The position numbers were made by a program, and so were the translations under genes. The notes beneath the pieces are model-generated. The model was not told the DNA's origin. It saw nothing but the letters and a program-made list of their open reading frames with translations, and did no database searches. Positions 37,400-49,093 of a DNA stretch of 64,000 nt are shown in pieces. This DNA is from Anthoceros angustus (Eukaryota; Plantae; Anthocerotophyta), in NCBI GenBank assembly GCA_010909165.1, contig VJWM01000044.1:310001-374000 (forward strand). The letters are read 5' to 3'. The stretch's first letter is position 1. Each line of letters starts with the position of its first letter.

Positions 37400-38690
37400 A
37401 CAACATCTTCAGCTCCCGTGGTAAGTAGGTCCTTTCTTATTCCAGACTACCATATCTTGGGGGCAATAGGTAGTTTCACGGTAAAACAATCGCGGGGACT
37501 AGTCCCACTTGGCCAAGAACCCTCTAGTGGGTTCTTCCTCACTCTCTCGGTGCAAATGGGACAATTCCCATCTAAGCGCATTTAAAAAGTCTTTGTGCTC
37601 TACTTATATACATATGTTTGTATACAACACGAGATCGCGGATATTAGATTCGGGGTTCCACAGCATCGGGCGAGACTTGGATCAAAGTTCTCTACTCAAT
37701 AATAGATTTTCTCCGTCTTTTTTTATCTTGTCATTTGCCTCTAAAATTTATTAAGTGCAGTAATTACGCAGGAAAGCGGATAAGAGGGTTCATATCCCTT
37801 CCCATTTTTCTAGGCGAAGGTGGAAAAGGTTCAAGCTTCCTTTATTTGAGCTCATATTGTCTGCAAGCGATCAACTCCTTTACCTATCCTCCTTTCTGAA
37901 TTTGCCGTCTTTCCCCTTAAACTTGAATGCCTTTTTAGCATGTCCTCTTTCTTCTACCGCCTTCAGCTCCTTGACATTGCCAACCCCAATCTTTTCCCTT
38001 ACCACCTCCTTGCCTATAGGTCTTTTTGTTCACCTTGGCTAAATATTGATTCCCAGGCTTTCTTTTGTTGGCTCTCTCAAGCTGCCGATTGGCTTAAAAG
38101 GCCTGAGTTTGAACCTCTTAGACTCCTAGATTGGCCTAGTAGCCCTACTCCCAACTTCCCCTCTCTCACATCCCCCCCAACCACCACATCCGAAGGAACT
38201 TCAAATTGAGATACCTTCGTCTCACTTGGTCTCCTCTCTCTTCTGCCCCTCTTCTCACGCCCAGACACCGTTTCTACAAGGAGGAGTTTCGTGTCAATCT
38301 CCCCTCTAGCTTCCGTGCCCTGTCACACTATCTTAGTTCTCCCCTCTCCTTTAAACTCTGTACACTCATTGGTCAATTCCGAGTTAGCTCCCATCACCTT
38401 TAGATCGAAACCGACCGCTAGCTCAAGCCCGCGCCTCTTCAAGAACAACGGATTTGCAAGCTCTGTTCCTTGGACCCTGAATGTGAATCGCATTTTTTCT
38501 TCTATTGTCTCGCCTATGCTGATATTCGGGCTCCTTTCAAGTGTGCTGGTTTTTCCTTGTGCAAATTCTTCTCTTTTCACATTCCTTAGCTCTCTGGACT
38601 CTGTCTCTATGAGCTTTTTGACCGTCGGCAGGCTTTGTTTGACTCCTTATAGGTTTCACCTCCTTTTTCCCTCTTTTTCCTCCTTTTTCT
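37400..38690 (-). pseudogene. Highly degraded L1/Tx1-like LINE ORF2 start (APE endonuclease and linker); also ~51640-52900 and partially 24230-24780
   Basis: Minus strand: xNLxGVKQ...VKKLIE near the N-terminus, PSDVVVGGD (GGDFN-like), LEKWEGI...FLRNY and EEE..RGFLAKWD, in APE-then-linker order. Many stops. Confidence 0.4.
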
Positions 38691-38862
38691 CATCTCAAAT
38701 ATTTACTATCTTTTTGGTTCAGATGTACATATGTGTACTCGCTTTTTCCCCTCTTTTGCCCTATACTATCTTTGTCCCATGATGGTCCTTCCATCCTTAG
38801 CGGATATAAATAAAGTTGTTGTTGGCAAAGCGGAAGCGTGGTGGGCCCATAACTCATAGGTT

Positions 38863-40412
38863 AACAACGTCTGTGTAGAAAGGGGTTTCTCCTGTCAAAA
38901 GGGGTTTTGGAAAAAATCTCAACCCTATTTCGCCGGAAACTGAAGTTGGTTTGGTTTTGTTGGTTTTGTAGGTGTTCATCCATCGGTTTCGGGCATTCTC
39001 GGCTCGGCACCACTTCTGTCGAGTCATTTACACGCATTGGCGCCTTGTACTCAAGTTCATGGCGATTTAGTCGGTGTGATGAAGGGCTAGTGACCTCATT
39101 GTTCCATAATTTCGTCATGTCGTAGTTTACGCATTTTGTGTGGTTTTGTATGTTTTGTATACCGGGGGCCTAGGCGCATAAGTGCGGCGTCTAAACAACG
39201 CTATGCAAACTTGTGCATTGTGCAAAAAGAGCAAAATGATCTTCTAATGGGGAAACATGTCCTTTTGGAGGTCGAGGATGTGGAACTCCCAACAAAATAA
39301 CAAGTAGTAGACATCGGCGGAGGTTCACCTAGACCGCTCTCATATATCTATCCTATGCCCTAATGCGACGAAGAACACCCTATCCCTTTTATCCTTTACG
39401 GTGTTTAGTCTCTTTCGTGACCTAGTACCGGGTTATCATCAAAACATGCTAGGGGCCGGTGGGTGAACAAGTGCATGCACCAAGGGCAGGGGTGCGCCAG
39501 GCATGAGGGGTGGGGCCTGCATGCAGGCACTGTGCAAGAGGGCAGTGCGCACGCGCACCAAGGTCAAGAAGGGCCTAGGAGCATGAACCCATATGGTTCA
39601 TGCCTCCTAGTGCATTCCCACACGGTTTATCCAAAGAAAAAGAGCAAAAGTCTAAAAACCCCAAAAATCACAAAGTCCAATTTTTGAGGCAAGTCTTGGC
39701 CCACGACAATTTTTATTTTTGAATTTTTTGTATTTTTTTGATATTTTATTGTTTTAAAGGGTTCCTTTCGACGTTTTCAACCTTTTTGTGCACCTCTAAT
39801 GTGGATATGTTCTTATCTTTACTTAACCCTCATCTTTTTCTAGTGGTTAAAACTTTGAACTAGTAGTGAGAACCTTTTGCATCTTTTGAATCTTGAGGCG
39901 TTTGGCATGGGCCCGGCTCAAGTGCAAACCATGCCACTCTCGTTCTCGTACTGCACATGGATCAAGAGCATCAGGTCAATGAAGATATTATTGTCCCAAA
40001 GTCTAAGAAACAAAGTCCAGTAAAATTCTCAGAGCGAGAGTATAGTCTTAGGATTGATTGGTATGAATGAAAGGTTGGTGCGCAAATGCGCACCAGAATT
40101 ACAGCAAGCCCTAAAAACTCTAAACGTTTGTATACGTCCAACACCTGGCAATGATTGCCAGGTGTTGGAGACTGTTTAGATGTAAGTGCACGCATAAGTT
40201 TGCGCACGAATTCTATGTCCAGTTTGAAAGAAAAAAGCCGAGCGAGAATGGGACTTTAGGTTTTGCCACGTACTTGCAATCTACAATCTCAAATAACGTG
40301 TATCAAAACAATTATTCAAAAGGTTGCGGGTGACATGTTTGCGAGAAATACCAAAAGGCTGATTATAATCACGGATTTCAAGGGGTTTGGAGAACCCTTT
40401 CTACGAATCTTT
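38863..40412. mobile_element. TIR insert, unit 2 (right TIR corrupted by indels)
   Basis: Left TIR at 38863-38892; interior collinear with unit 1. Confidence 0.65.
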
Positions 40413-40457
40413 GGTTGGCAAAGCGGAAGCGTGGTAGGCATATAACCCATAGGATGC

Positions 40458-40529
40458 TGTTGGTTGGCAAAGCGGAAGCGTGGTAGGCATATAACCCATA
40501 AGTCCGTGGATCGAAACGAGGCTTTGATA
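40458..40529 (+). pseudogene. Degenerate tRNA-iMet, unit 2 (anticodon reads TAT)
   Basis: 72 nt, same alignment, followed by TTTT; preceded by a 5'-half copy. Confidence 0.82.
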
Positions 40530-41990
40530 TTTTGATATAGTAGTTAAAGTTTTTAATAAGCTTTAAGTCTATATGAAAAAGACTACATGCAAGAATGATA
40601 GTTAAAGATTACATGCAGCCGAAAGTAGTTAACTTTTTTAAGTAGCTTTAAGTATACATGAAAAATACTACATGCGAGAATGATGGTTAAAGATTACATG
40701 CTGCCGTACTTCTATGGCTGGACTTTTCGACCATCCAATCATTTCTTCTCATGAAAAACATGCAAGATGATACTTGAGTCTATGGCTGATTTCTTCTCAT
40801 GAAAAATATACAAGACCACCAGTTTAGCCAAATAGTAAGCTCTGCAAAACTAGACACACTGCAAAGTTTGCTATCCAGGCACATTGCAAAGTTTGCTATC
40901 AATTTCTATCTTGCTATCTAGGCATAGTGCAAAGTTTGCTATCAACAAGGTAGAAATAGTTAGAGACCGTGACTCCAATTCCAACTCAGAATATGATATG
41001 GTGTAGCTTTAAGTATACATGAAAAATACTACATGCGAGAATGATGGTTAAAGATTACATGCCGCCGTGCTTCTATGGCTGGACTTTTCGACCATCCAAT
41101 CATTTCTTCTCATGAAAAACATGCAAGATGATACTTGAGTCTATGGCTCGACAATGGAAGCGAGCTGATTTCTTCTCATGAAAAATATACAAGACCACCA
41201 GTTTAGTCAAATAGTAAGCTCTGCAAAACTAGACACACTGCAAAGTTTGCTATCCAGGCACATTGCAAAGTTTGCTATCCAGGCACATTGCAAAGTTTGC
41301 TATCAATTTCTATCTTGCTATCTAGGCATAGTACAAAGTTTGCTATCAACAAGGTAGAAATAGTTAGAGACCGTGACTCCAATTCCAACTCGAATGGTGT
41401 GGTTCAAATTTGGATGCCCATAATGGAAGGAACAATTCGTTGCAAGGATGATAGGTGGAGTCTATGGCTGGGCTTTCCATAATAAAAGGGTGAGAGTCAT
41501 AGGGTCACTTGTTAGGCCGGTTCGGGCGGATTCGTGAACAACGGAACGCGAGAACCCTACACTCTAACGTGTGCCGCCAGCGGCAACATCACAATGTGGG
41601 GATCCATTTTCAGCTAATGAAGCATGCCTGGCATATCAAGTTAAAAAGAATACATGCCGCAAAGTCATTTTGCCGTGAAACTTTCCTACGGAGGAAAAAA
41701 AACACAATTCTGAGACAAATAGAAGAAGAGGATTTGATTTAAGTCCACTAAGGACGGATTTTCGTTATGGGACTTGGTACTTAACAACTTGTACCATGGT
41801 GTGCCTAAGCTACTTGCACCAAGGGCATCCACTCCCTTTAGGCACCCCATCTAAATACCGATCTAAGCTAGCATGCTTAATCACAGCGTTCTTATCAATT
41901 TGTGTGCATTTGGCGTTCTTATAAATACTCCAGCCAAGTTCCTCTTGGTAAAAGGCAAGATACTGTTGCTCCACAACAATATGGGACCCC

Positions 41991-43879
41991 TTAGAGACAC
42001 CGACTCCAAATCCAGCTGAGAATATCAAAAGTGGAGTCCAGAAGACCATCGGCTGAGCCACCTATCTGCTCCTTAAGCTTGTTAGCCTGCAAGTCCTGCA
42101 AGAAATTGTACAGGTTAATAAAGTTTCAGCCTAGGTACAAGTCCCCGTTGTGGGAGAACCTGGCTGAATTTCAAGCGGAATTACCTTTAAGGTACTTTTC
42201 CAAGATGCAAGTCTTAGGTCGACTTCGAAGGATGCCGAGCCCTCTGAGCTAGCAGCTTGGACAAACCTCCAAACTATGCCTCGCTCAAAAAATCTGGTTT
42301 TTCTGCGTGTTCTCACGCGTCTCTCAACCAAAGCTGAGTCCCCTGACTCTGCACCTGAAAGAGGGCTAGCCCACCGGATGCCCAGTTCTGTACTAGGGTC
42401 TACGATAGCCCCTTTGACAGTGTCTTCAGCTGTCCTTCGTTCATCTTCCTGTCAAACGAGGGCTTCAGACTGATGGAAAATGGTGGCCCAGTGCACTCAC
42501 TACTTCCTATTGGACCCCTCTTTGCGTACACATATCAAACGAGTCTGTGTATTTCAGGAGGGAGGATGCACTTACCGAGATCGAGTCGTCTCCTCCACCA
42601 CCTCGGTGGAAAAGCATAAGTCTCAGGTCCCATTCCGTGGCCCGAGATAGATCAGTAACCAGGTACCTGACCGGACGTCTCCTAAACTGCCAGAGTGCCA
42701 AGAGCATCAGCAAAGAGCTCTGCAATCCTACTAGGCGGACGAGACCATATGTTTTGAACACTGTAGATCATGAGAGTGTGCATTGTGTCAAGTGTAGACC
42801 TTGTCGATGGTCAAGGACTCGCCATGGGCCTTGCACTGGACCAAGAGAGGATGTTTCCAATTCCTTTTCGTAATCTGCAGGCCGACAATGTTGTGTCAGG
42901 GGTGACCATCGAGTTCAAGGTACCAGCTTCAGACACATTGTTACAGTATAATGTATACACCGGAGGAAGAAAGATACGAGTCACCTCTATGATGATAACT
43001 TCCTTCTCAACCGTGGGCTGCTTGTCCTCCTGAGATCGACAGGCAACCTCTTTCAGCCTGTCGAAATAATGTCGAGGAGTTTTGTGTCCAAAACTTTGAA
43101 GGGTCGTGCAGGCCAACGTTTTGGGCGACCCTCTCAAACTCCTCTTCAAGTTCAGTAAACGAGAAGGAAGGCAGACTTTCCAGTGTTTTGGTCCCCTGCA
43201 CAGGCGCGAGGGAGCACTGAGCTTCAAATTGCAGGGACAATGCAAAGTTTCAAAACTTTTGTGCATAACTCAAAAATGGGGCGTGAGCAGTGACGTCGAT
43301 ACTCCACGCGAGGGTAAAGATCAATCGCCCAAAGCGCAGCCACAACAAAGGTCTCAGACGTCGGCCCGTCCGAGAGTCACTCGTGTCCGCACACGAGCTG
43401 GCAAACTCTTCGAGAGCTGCCTTCAAGTCCTGCTCCAGCTTGGACCGCAGTCGAAGGCCTTGAAGCGAGTGCAGCCTGATCCCGCAACCCCTGAGCCAAA
43501 GCTGGCGACGAGGCCGAAACCAGGTTTAATTACAAGCCAGAAATCAATACGTGGATTGCAGATGCCATGATCAACCACAAGCTTTGCAAGCGTGGAACAT
43601 GAACTGACAGATACCTCCATGAAAATTCCTTCTGCTGAGCCAGAGCCGGAGCCGTAACCACGCTGAGCCGGCAGCAGCTGTCGTCATCGACGCGGAATCG
43701 AAGGGACTGGTCCATCGGGGACAACATGTAAAGCTTGTTTATTGCGTTTGCAGAGTAGTTCAGCATCATCCCAATCCAAGGACGGAGAGGAGGCGTCGTT
43801 CGTGGGACATCTGGAAAAAGCTGGGCCGGTGGCAGATTGTGGCGCATCTTTTCGCAGATGTGGGGAATGTATTTCCCAT
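41991..43879 (-). CDS. DUF7903-like gene, unit 2
   Basis: Near-identical to unit 1 apart from indels; stop TAA at 41991. Confidence 0.62.
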
Positions 43880-44418
43880 GCTAAGACTAGTCACTACAAA
43901 ATCAAGGCTATGGACCTGGTCTTCGCCTGTCTCATGGAAACAAGTTGCCCGCTTCCAGGGTTCTCTCAATGCCAGGTGAACGCTGCCGGATTCCTGAGAG
44001 TAAGAGCCAGAACGCTACGCTCCCGGACTTGTGAGTAAGAACCGGAACCTTCCGGATTTGAGAGAGAAGCTGCGGATCGCCAGGCTTTACGGCTTCTATT
44101 GACGAGGCGCGTCGGGCACTAATGATCAGATCTGTACATCCCCCAACCGTGAGTTCGAGCGTGTTTAGGTAATTAACATAAAGCCAGTCGTCCCCTGTTG
44201 CCCGACTCCCTAGTGTAGGTACCTACTCTCATCGGGTACTTCCCGCTCCTTCACGCTCCGATAATTCAAATTGAATTCGCATTCACGGTCCGGCGACAGA
44301 AGCTAACCGCCACCTCTGCCAGACTCCAGCAACAGCCCCATGAATTTATCCAGCCGTACTACGGTGGCTTACAATGATCCAACATGAAAGTTTGAGAGAT
44401 CAGGTTTATCACCTAATA

Positions 44419-44941
44419 CAGTCCACCCCTAATTGGGACTGGTTCGGAGTGCCTTTAGAGGTCCCATTAAGGAGGTGTCCCGATTATATTTTCCTATTTA
44501 AAAATAATAAAATATTTTAAATTTTAAAAAATAAAAAATACCCAAAAAAAAAGAAAATTTTAAATTTTGATTGATAGGTTTCACTAAAAATAACTTTTAC
44601 CACTTCTCTATATAGTTGTTTGAAAGCTAGCGCTCTCTAAGCAACATCAAAAACCTCTACCTACCATAAAGGAAAAAGCTTAGCTTAAGAGTCTTCAATC
44701 ACACCTTAAAGTCTATTGTGCTTTGAAATAATCGATTTTTTCTTTCATTTTTATTTTTATAGTAAAAAAATTAGAAATCCCATTTAGGAGGTGAAACTAA
44801 CATGAATGTATGTTTCAAAATGTCCCAATTATCATTTAGGAAAAGTCCCATTTATTACATTGTAAACTAAAAGGAGTAGGATGGGAGGTCCCATTTAGAG
44901 AGGAATCCCATTTATAGAGTTCCCAATTAGGGGGCCGACTG
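44419..44941. mobile_element. MITE, unit 2
   Basis: Same TIRs and TA flanks. Confidence 0.9.
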
Positions 44942-45758
44942 TATGTATCTGGCTTCAAACCTTGCAGAACAAAATCCTTTCGCACTTGATATCCAGCAAA
45001 GCCAACGATGAGGAACTCACACTAATCCGTGACATGGATGAAAATTAGGGCAAGCAAGTTGTAAGGGCAGCACGCAATGCAGAGAAACAACGTCTGCCCG
45101 CTTTTCTGAGGTTTATCATACTGGTGAGTGAGAAACAATGATACCGATGAACAAGTGAGGCTGTTAAACCTGATCTCTAAAATGCTGAAACAGTGACACT
45201 GATGCACAGGTGAGAGTGGTAGACCTGATTTCACTCATCAGTGTCAAAAGTTTAGACATCAGGCTTATCGTACTGATGAGTGAGATGAGGTTTACTAGTC
45301 TCACAGTTGTTGCACCTAGGATGTCAAGGACAGTGATGAAAATAGCTGTGCCCTGTTGGCATCGGTAGATGAACACTTAAGGAATTGGAAAAAGATTGAA
45401 GTAAATTCTACCTGTCCACCTTACTTACAATGAGGCAGCCTGCTGAACAAGATGTCTTTCTAAACTTGTGACCTGTCCCGCAACAGCACTTCTAGCTTGA
45501 ACTAACCTTCAGATCTTGAAAGACCTGCAAAACAGATGGGACAGTTCCATGTCCTGTGTGTTATTGCTGAACACCTTGCTACAGCTTGACCGCAACACAC
45601 CGGATTGCCATATGCATGTGACCATCGGTAAGCTCAGTCTGTCCGTTGAGGAACGCATTCCATGTTGCCACGATTGCAGCTCTCCCACACTCACACAAGC
45701 ATGAAAAGGAGACACAGATGTTGCCCTCCAGTTGCATACTTTGTTTTCTGACCAACTC

Positions 45759-46190
45759 CTACCGTTGATACTTCCTTGCTTTCTCCCTCACATGGTTTAT
45801 AATCTTGATCATGTTCTCTGCTTCATCTAATTGCCCTGTACGCCCAAGGAGATCCATCATGCAATCGCAATGCTCATTAGTAGGTTGATGCTGCATGCGG
45901 TTCAACCATGGAATCAACATAGCCAAGCTGTTAAATATCCGGCATGCATTTTCCAGTTCGCCACATTTGGCATATATGACCACCAGGCAAAATATTGCCC
46001 AACAGTATAGTGTTTGGCAACTGTCCTCCTCCACAGGCTGAAACTATGCAGCTGCCTGTCCTTCTGTAAGGCACCAGCGCTTGTTTGTACAGGCCTTCAT
46101 AGTACATGACGATCCATTTAGCAGGATCCAGACAAATGTTCTCCGCAAGTACTCCCTCTCCCTTCTGGCTTGCAGCGCTTATTCTTTTGA
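45759..46190 (-). pseudogene. PPR remnant, unit 2
   Basis: Same motifs (ORF 45759-46034). Confidence 0.8.
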
Positions 46191-46706
46191 TGAGGAAGCA
46201 ATAAAACTCCAGAGAAAAACAGAGTCTGCTAGCTGCTAGCTGCCTTGAATAACAGTATGCAGTTTTCCTTTAGTTTCCACGGTGTTCAGTGCTATGGGCT
46301 GAGTGCACTTTTTAGCTGCACCTTGGGGACCAAACGTTCAGGACGGTGGGGCAGCCTCATGAACCTCCCATCCGACACACTTATGGAGTAAGTAGTTACG
46401 AGCTTCAAGTTAGTGCACAGGGGATCAAAATTGCACACACCTTGCGATGTGCAGTGTCCAGAGTACGATCAAGAGGATAGATTAGTATCAAGAATGAATT
46501 GGTACAGCCTCAGGTATACCATGGTTATGAACGTGTTTACATATAAGGGCAGCACAGGGGCAATCCATCCATGAATGGGCCAGGTGCGCTCCGGCCACAG
46601 CTCTACCTATCTAATGCTGCTACTGGGTTTCAAGACTAAGCATTACAGATATGGTACAAGCGAGTAGAGAAACGACTCCAAGATGTGAAGCAAGGGCAGC
46701 CTGGCA

Positions 46707-48440
46707 TCAGGTGGCAGCTGCCAGGTGTGCCAAGAGGCCGACCATACCGGCGTTGATGATGGTGGGCTCCGCCTGCCCGTAGTTGCTACGGTCGTCGGCA
46801 TACGCATCGGCGTCGTCGGGTCCTCCCACAATGCCTCCCGTCAGCTGGTTGGGGTCGGAAGTTTTGGCCTCGTAGTAGGAAAAGCTGTCAGAGCAGTCGA
46901 TCTCGGCGGGTGAGTCTTCATGCTGGGCACTGAAGCAGCGCGATGGTGAACCCGCTGAGGAAGCTGGTCCCAAATCCCACCATGTACGACATGCGCTGAG
47001 GATTTTCTCCCAGGATGTAGTCCACCTGCAGCAGGCAGCAGGTAATTGTTCAGCGACAGAAGTTAAGATCCTTCAGTGAAGTAGGGCGGAACATCATCTG
47101 CAGACAACACGGGAAGTAGTACCTGGGTTTTGGCATGAGAATAGAGCTGGGCAGGAGTGATGGCCGTGGTGCCACAAGTGACAGTCTGTTGAGCTGCCTC
47201 CAGGTACTTGGCGTAGACAAGGAGAAGGAAGGAAGATGCAGTCACGTACTGCAGATTGCTACCTGCCAGGAAATAGAAGAGCCCGCCTGCAGCAGCGGCC
47301 ATATCATTCACAGATCATGGTTGATGCAATTGATTTGGCAGAGAATCCATCCATTCGATTATTCGTCAACACAGCAAGGAGATGTTCAACTGCATTTGCT
47401 TACCAGGAGTGTACTTGGCTGCAGACACGCCTGGCATGATACCGCACACGAATGCATCCGCTTGCTGCTTGTAGCCCTGAAGGCCGTCAGCCTTGCCAGC
47501 AAAGAAGAACTGGGCTGCCAGGACCTGAGCGCCCGCGTATTTGTTGTCCCAGCTGAGTGTGGGTGCGGAGGTGGTGGAGCCACCCAGCTCCTCGCCGTTG
47601 TCCACCAGGTATTGCAGGTACTTGTCGTCCCTGGATGCCTTGAAGAGCCAGGCTGCTCCCACAGCAGCTCATCCTTGAAGCCAGAGTAGGAGCAGTAGAA
47701 GGGCACACTTGCGGCTTCAGGGGTCCGTCGCTGTAGGCCGCTCTGTACTGGTCCGCAAACGAGAAGAGCTCAGCCGCGCCGGCCAGAAGCGTAGCTGAGT
47801 ACTGGGCGTCAGTGGCCTGGAACACAATGGACGCAGCGGCCAGCGCGGCAGCCGTTTCCGCAGCAGCGTCGGACCCTGGATTGCTGGCATCAATCTTGTA
47901 CGCAGTGCGATCTGTGTGCATGTCCTCAGGCCTTTGCCAGCACGCGTGATCCTTGGTCGGGTCTGCCACCTGAACGTACAGCTCGTTTGGTGCGGTGTGA
48001 GCTTTGAGCAGGTAGTCAGTCCCCAACGGATGGCATCCTGGCGTTGGTCATCTCTCCCGCTGCGCCCAGCTCTTTCCCCTTTCGATCACCGTCCACGACA
48101 GCAGCGTGATGGTGAAGGCCATGGGCAGGCCGAACTTGACATTGTCGCCAGCGTCGTAGTATCCTCCCACCAAATCCACGTTGGAGGAGGGCCGTCGGTC
48201 AATGCAGAATCCCCTCCACGTCAATCTCTGGGATGTGGGCAGCGGCCCAGATCGCTGTCCCTCATAGAACAAGATGGCCTTGGACAGGGCCTCCGTGTAC
48301 TCAGCCGCACCGAATCCTCCTGCACCAGCGGCAGCAGCATTGCAACCTGCAGGCGCCCAGGCAAGCGAGGCGACACACACCCACACTCCCAATGCTGCAG
48401 CAGCAGCTGCCATTGTTCCACAGCTGGAACCTGGGGCCAT
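46707..48440 (-). CDS. GH9B endoglucanase, unit 2 (introns 47026-47122 and 47287-47403)
   Basis: Same motifs; no CBM49 and no N-terminal cytosolic/TM domain. Confidence 0.95.
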
Positions 48441-49093
48441 GCTTCAGCGAGCGCTGCAAAGCTGCTGCAGATGGAAACCAGGTCTGAGCTGTTGAGGAAG
48501 AAGATGGCGGAGAGATGAGCAGAATGCAATGCAAGAAACGTGGTGGAGGATGCCATTTATTGCAGCTGCAGGGGGAATGCGCCTGCTGCGTGTTGATGGA
48601 AGCCGCAAATGCGCCTGGCGTTCGCCTCGGTGCTCAGGACTGGGATCTGAGCCACAGTTCATGGCGCCTTCTCCCGACCGTGAAAGCCGCTGGTGTGTCC
48701 CTTCACCGTAACTCCGGTACCCGCTGTTGCGGCAGTTGCGGGGACCAAACTGGTTTCCACAACCTGTATGCTGAAGGCCGCTGATGTTAGATTCAGGGCA
48801 GCCCGTTTTCACTGGCATCGGACCGGCGACATCGCAGTCAAGTGCGACAGAAGTCTATCAAGAATTATTGGTCGTTTGCCACTTGCGAAGACCTCAATTC
48901 TAGGACATATTACTTTTATACGTAGTTTGAAGTACACATAAATATATGGGAGAAATTATATGCAAGGATGAAGGCTAAAGTTTATGCCTGGACTTTTGAT
49001 GATAAAAGGGGTGGAAGTGGTGTCCCCCATTGGAGATCTATTTTTTGCTAATGAAGCATGTACAACAAGATAAAGTTCAGCCAAACAGTGCAA

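Noticed and set aside
41810-42061. ORF MAQPMVFW...GCPWCK as a small gene (also 57624-57875)
   Set aside because: It overlaps the real last exon of the DUF7903-like gene in another frame and its 3' UTR.
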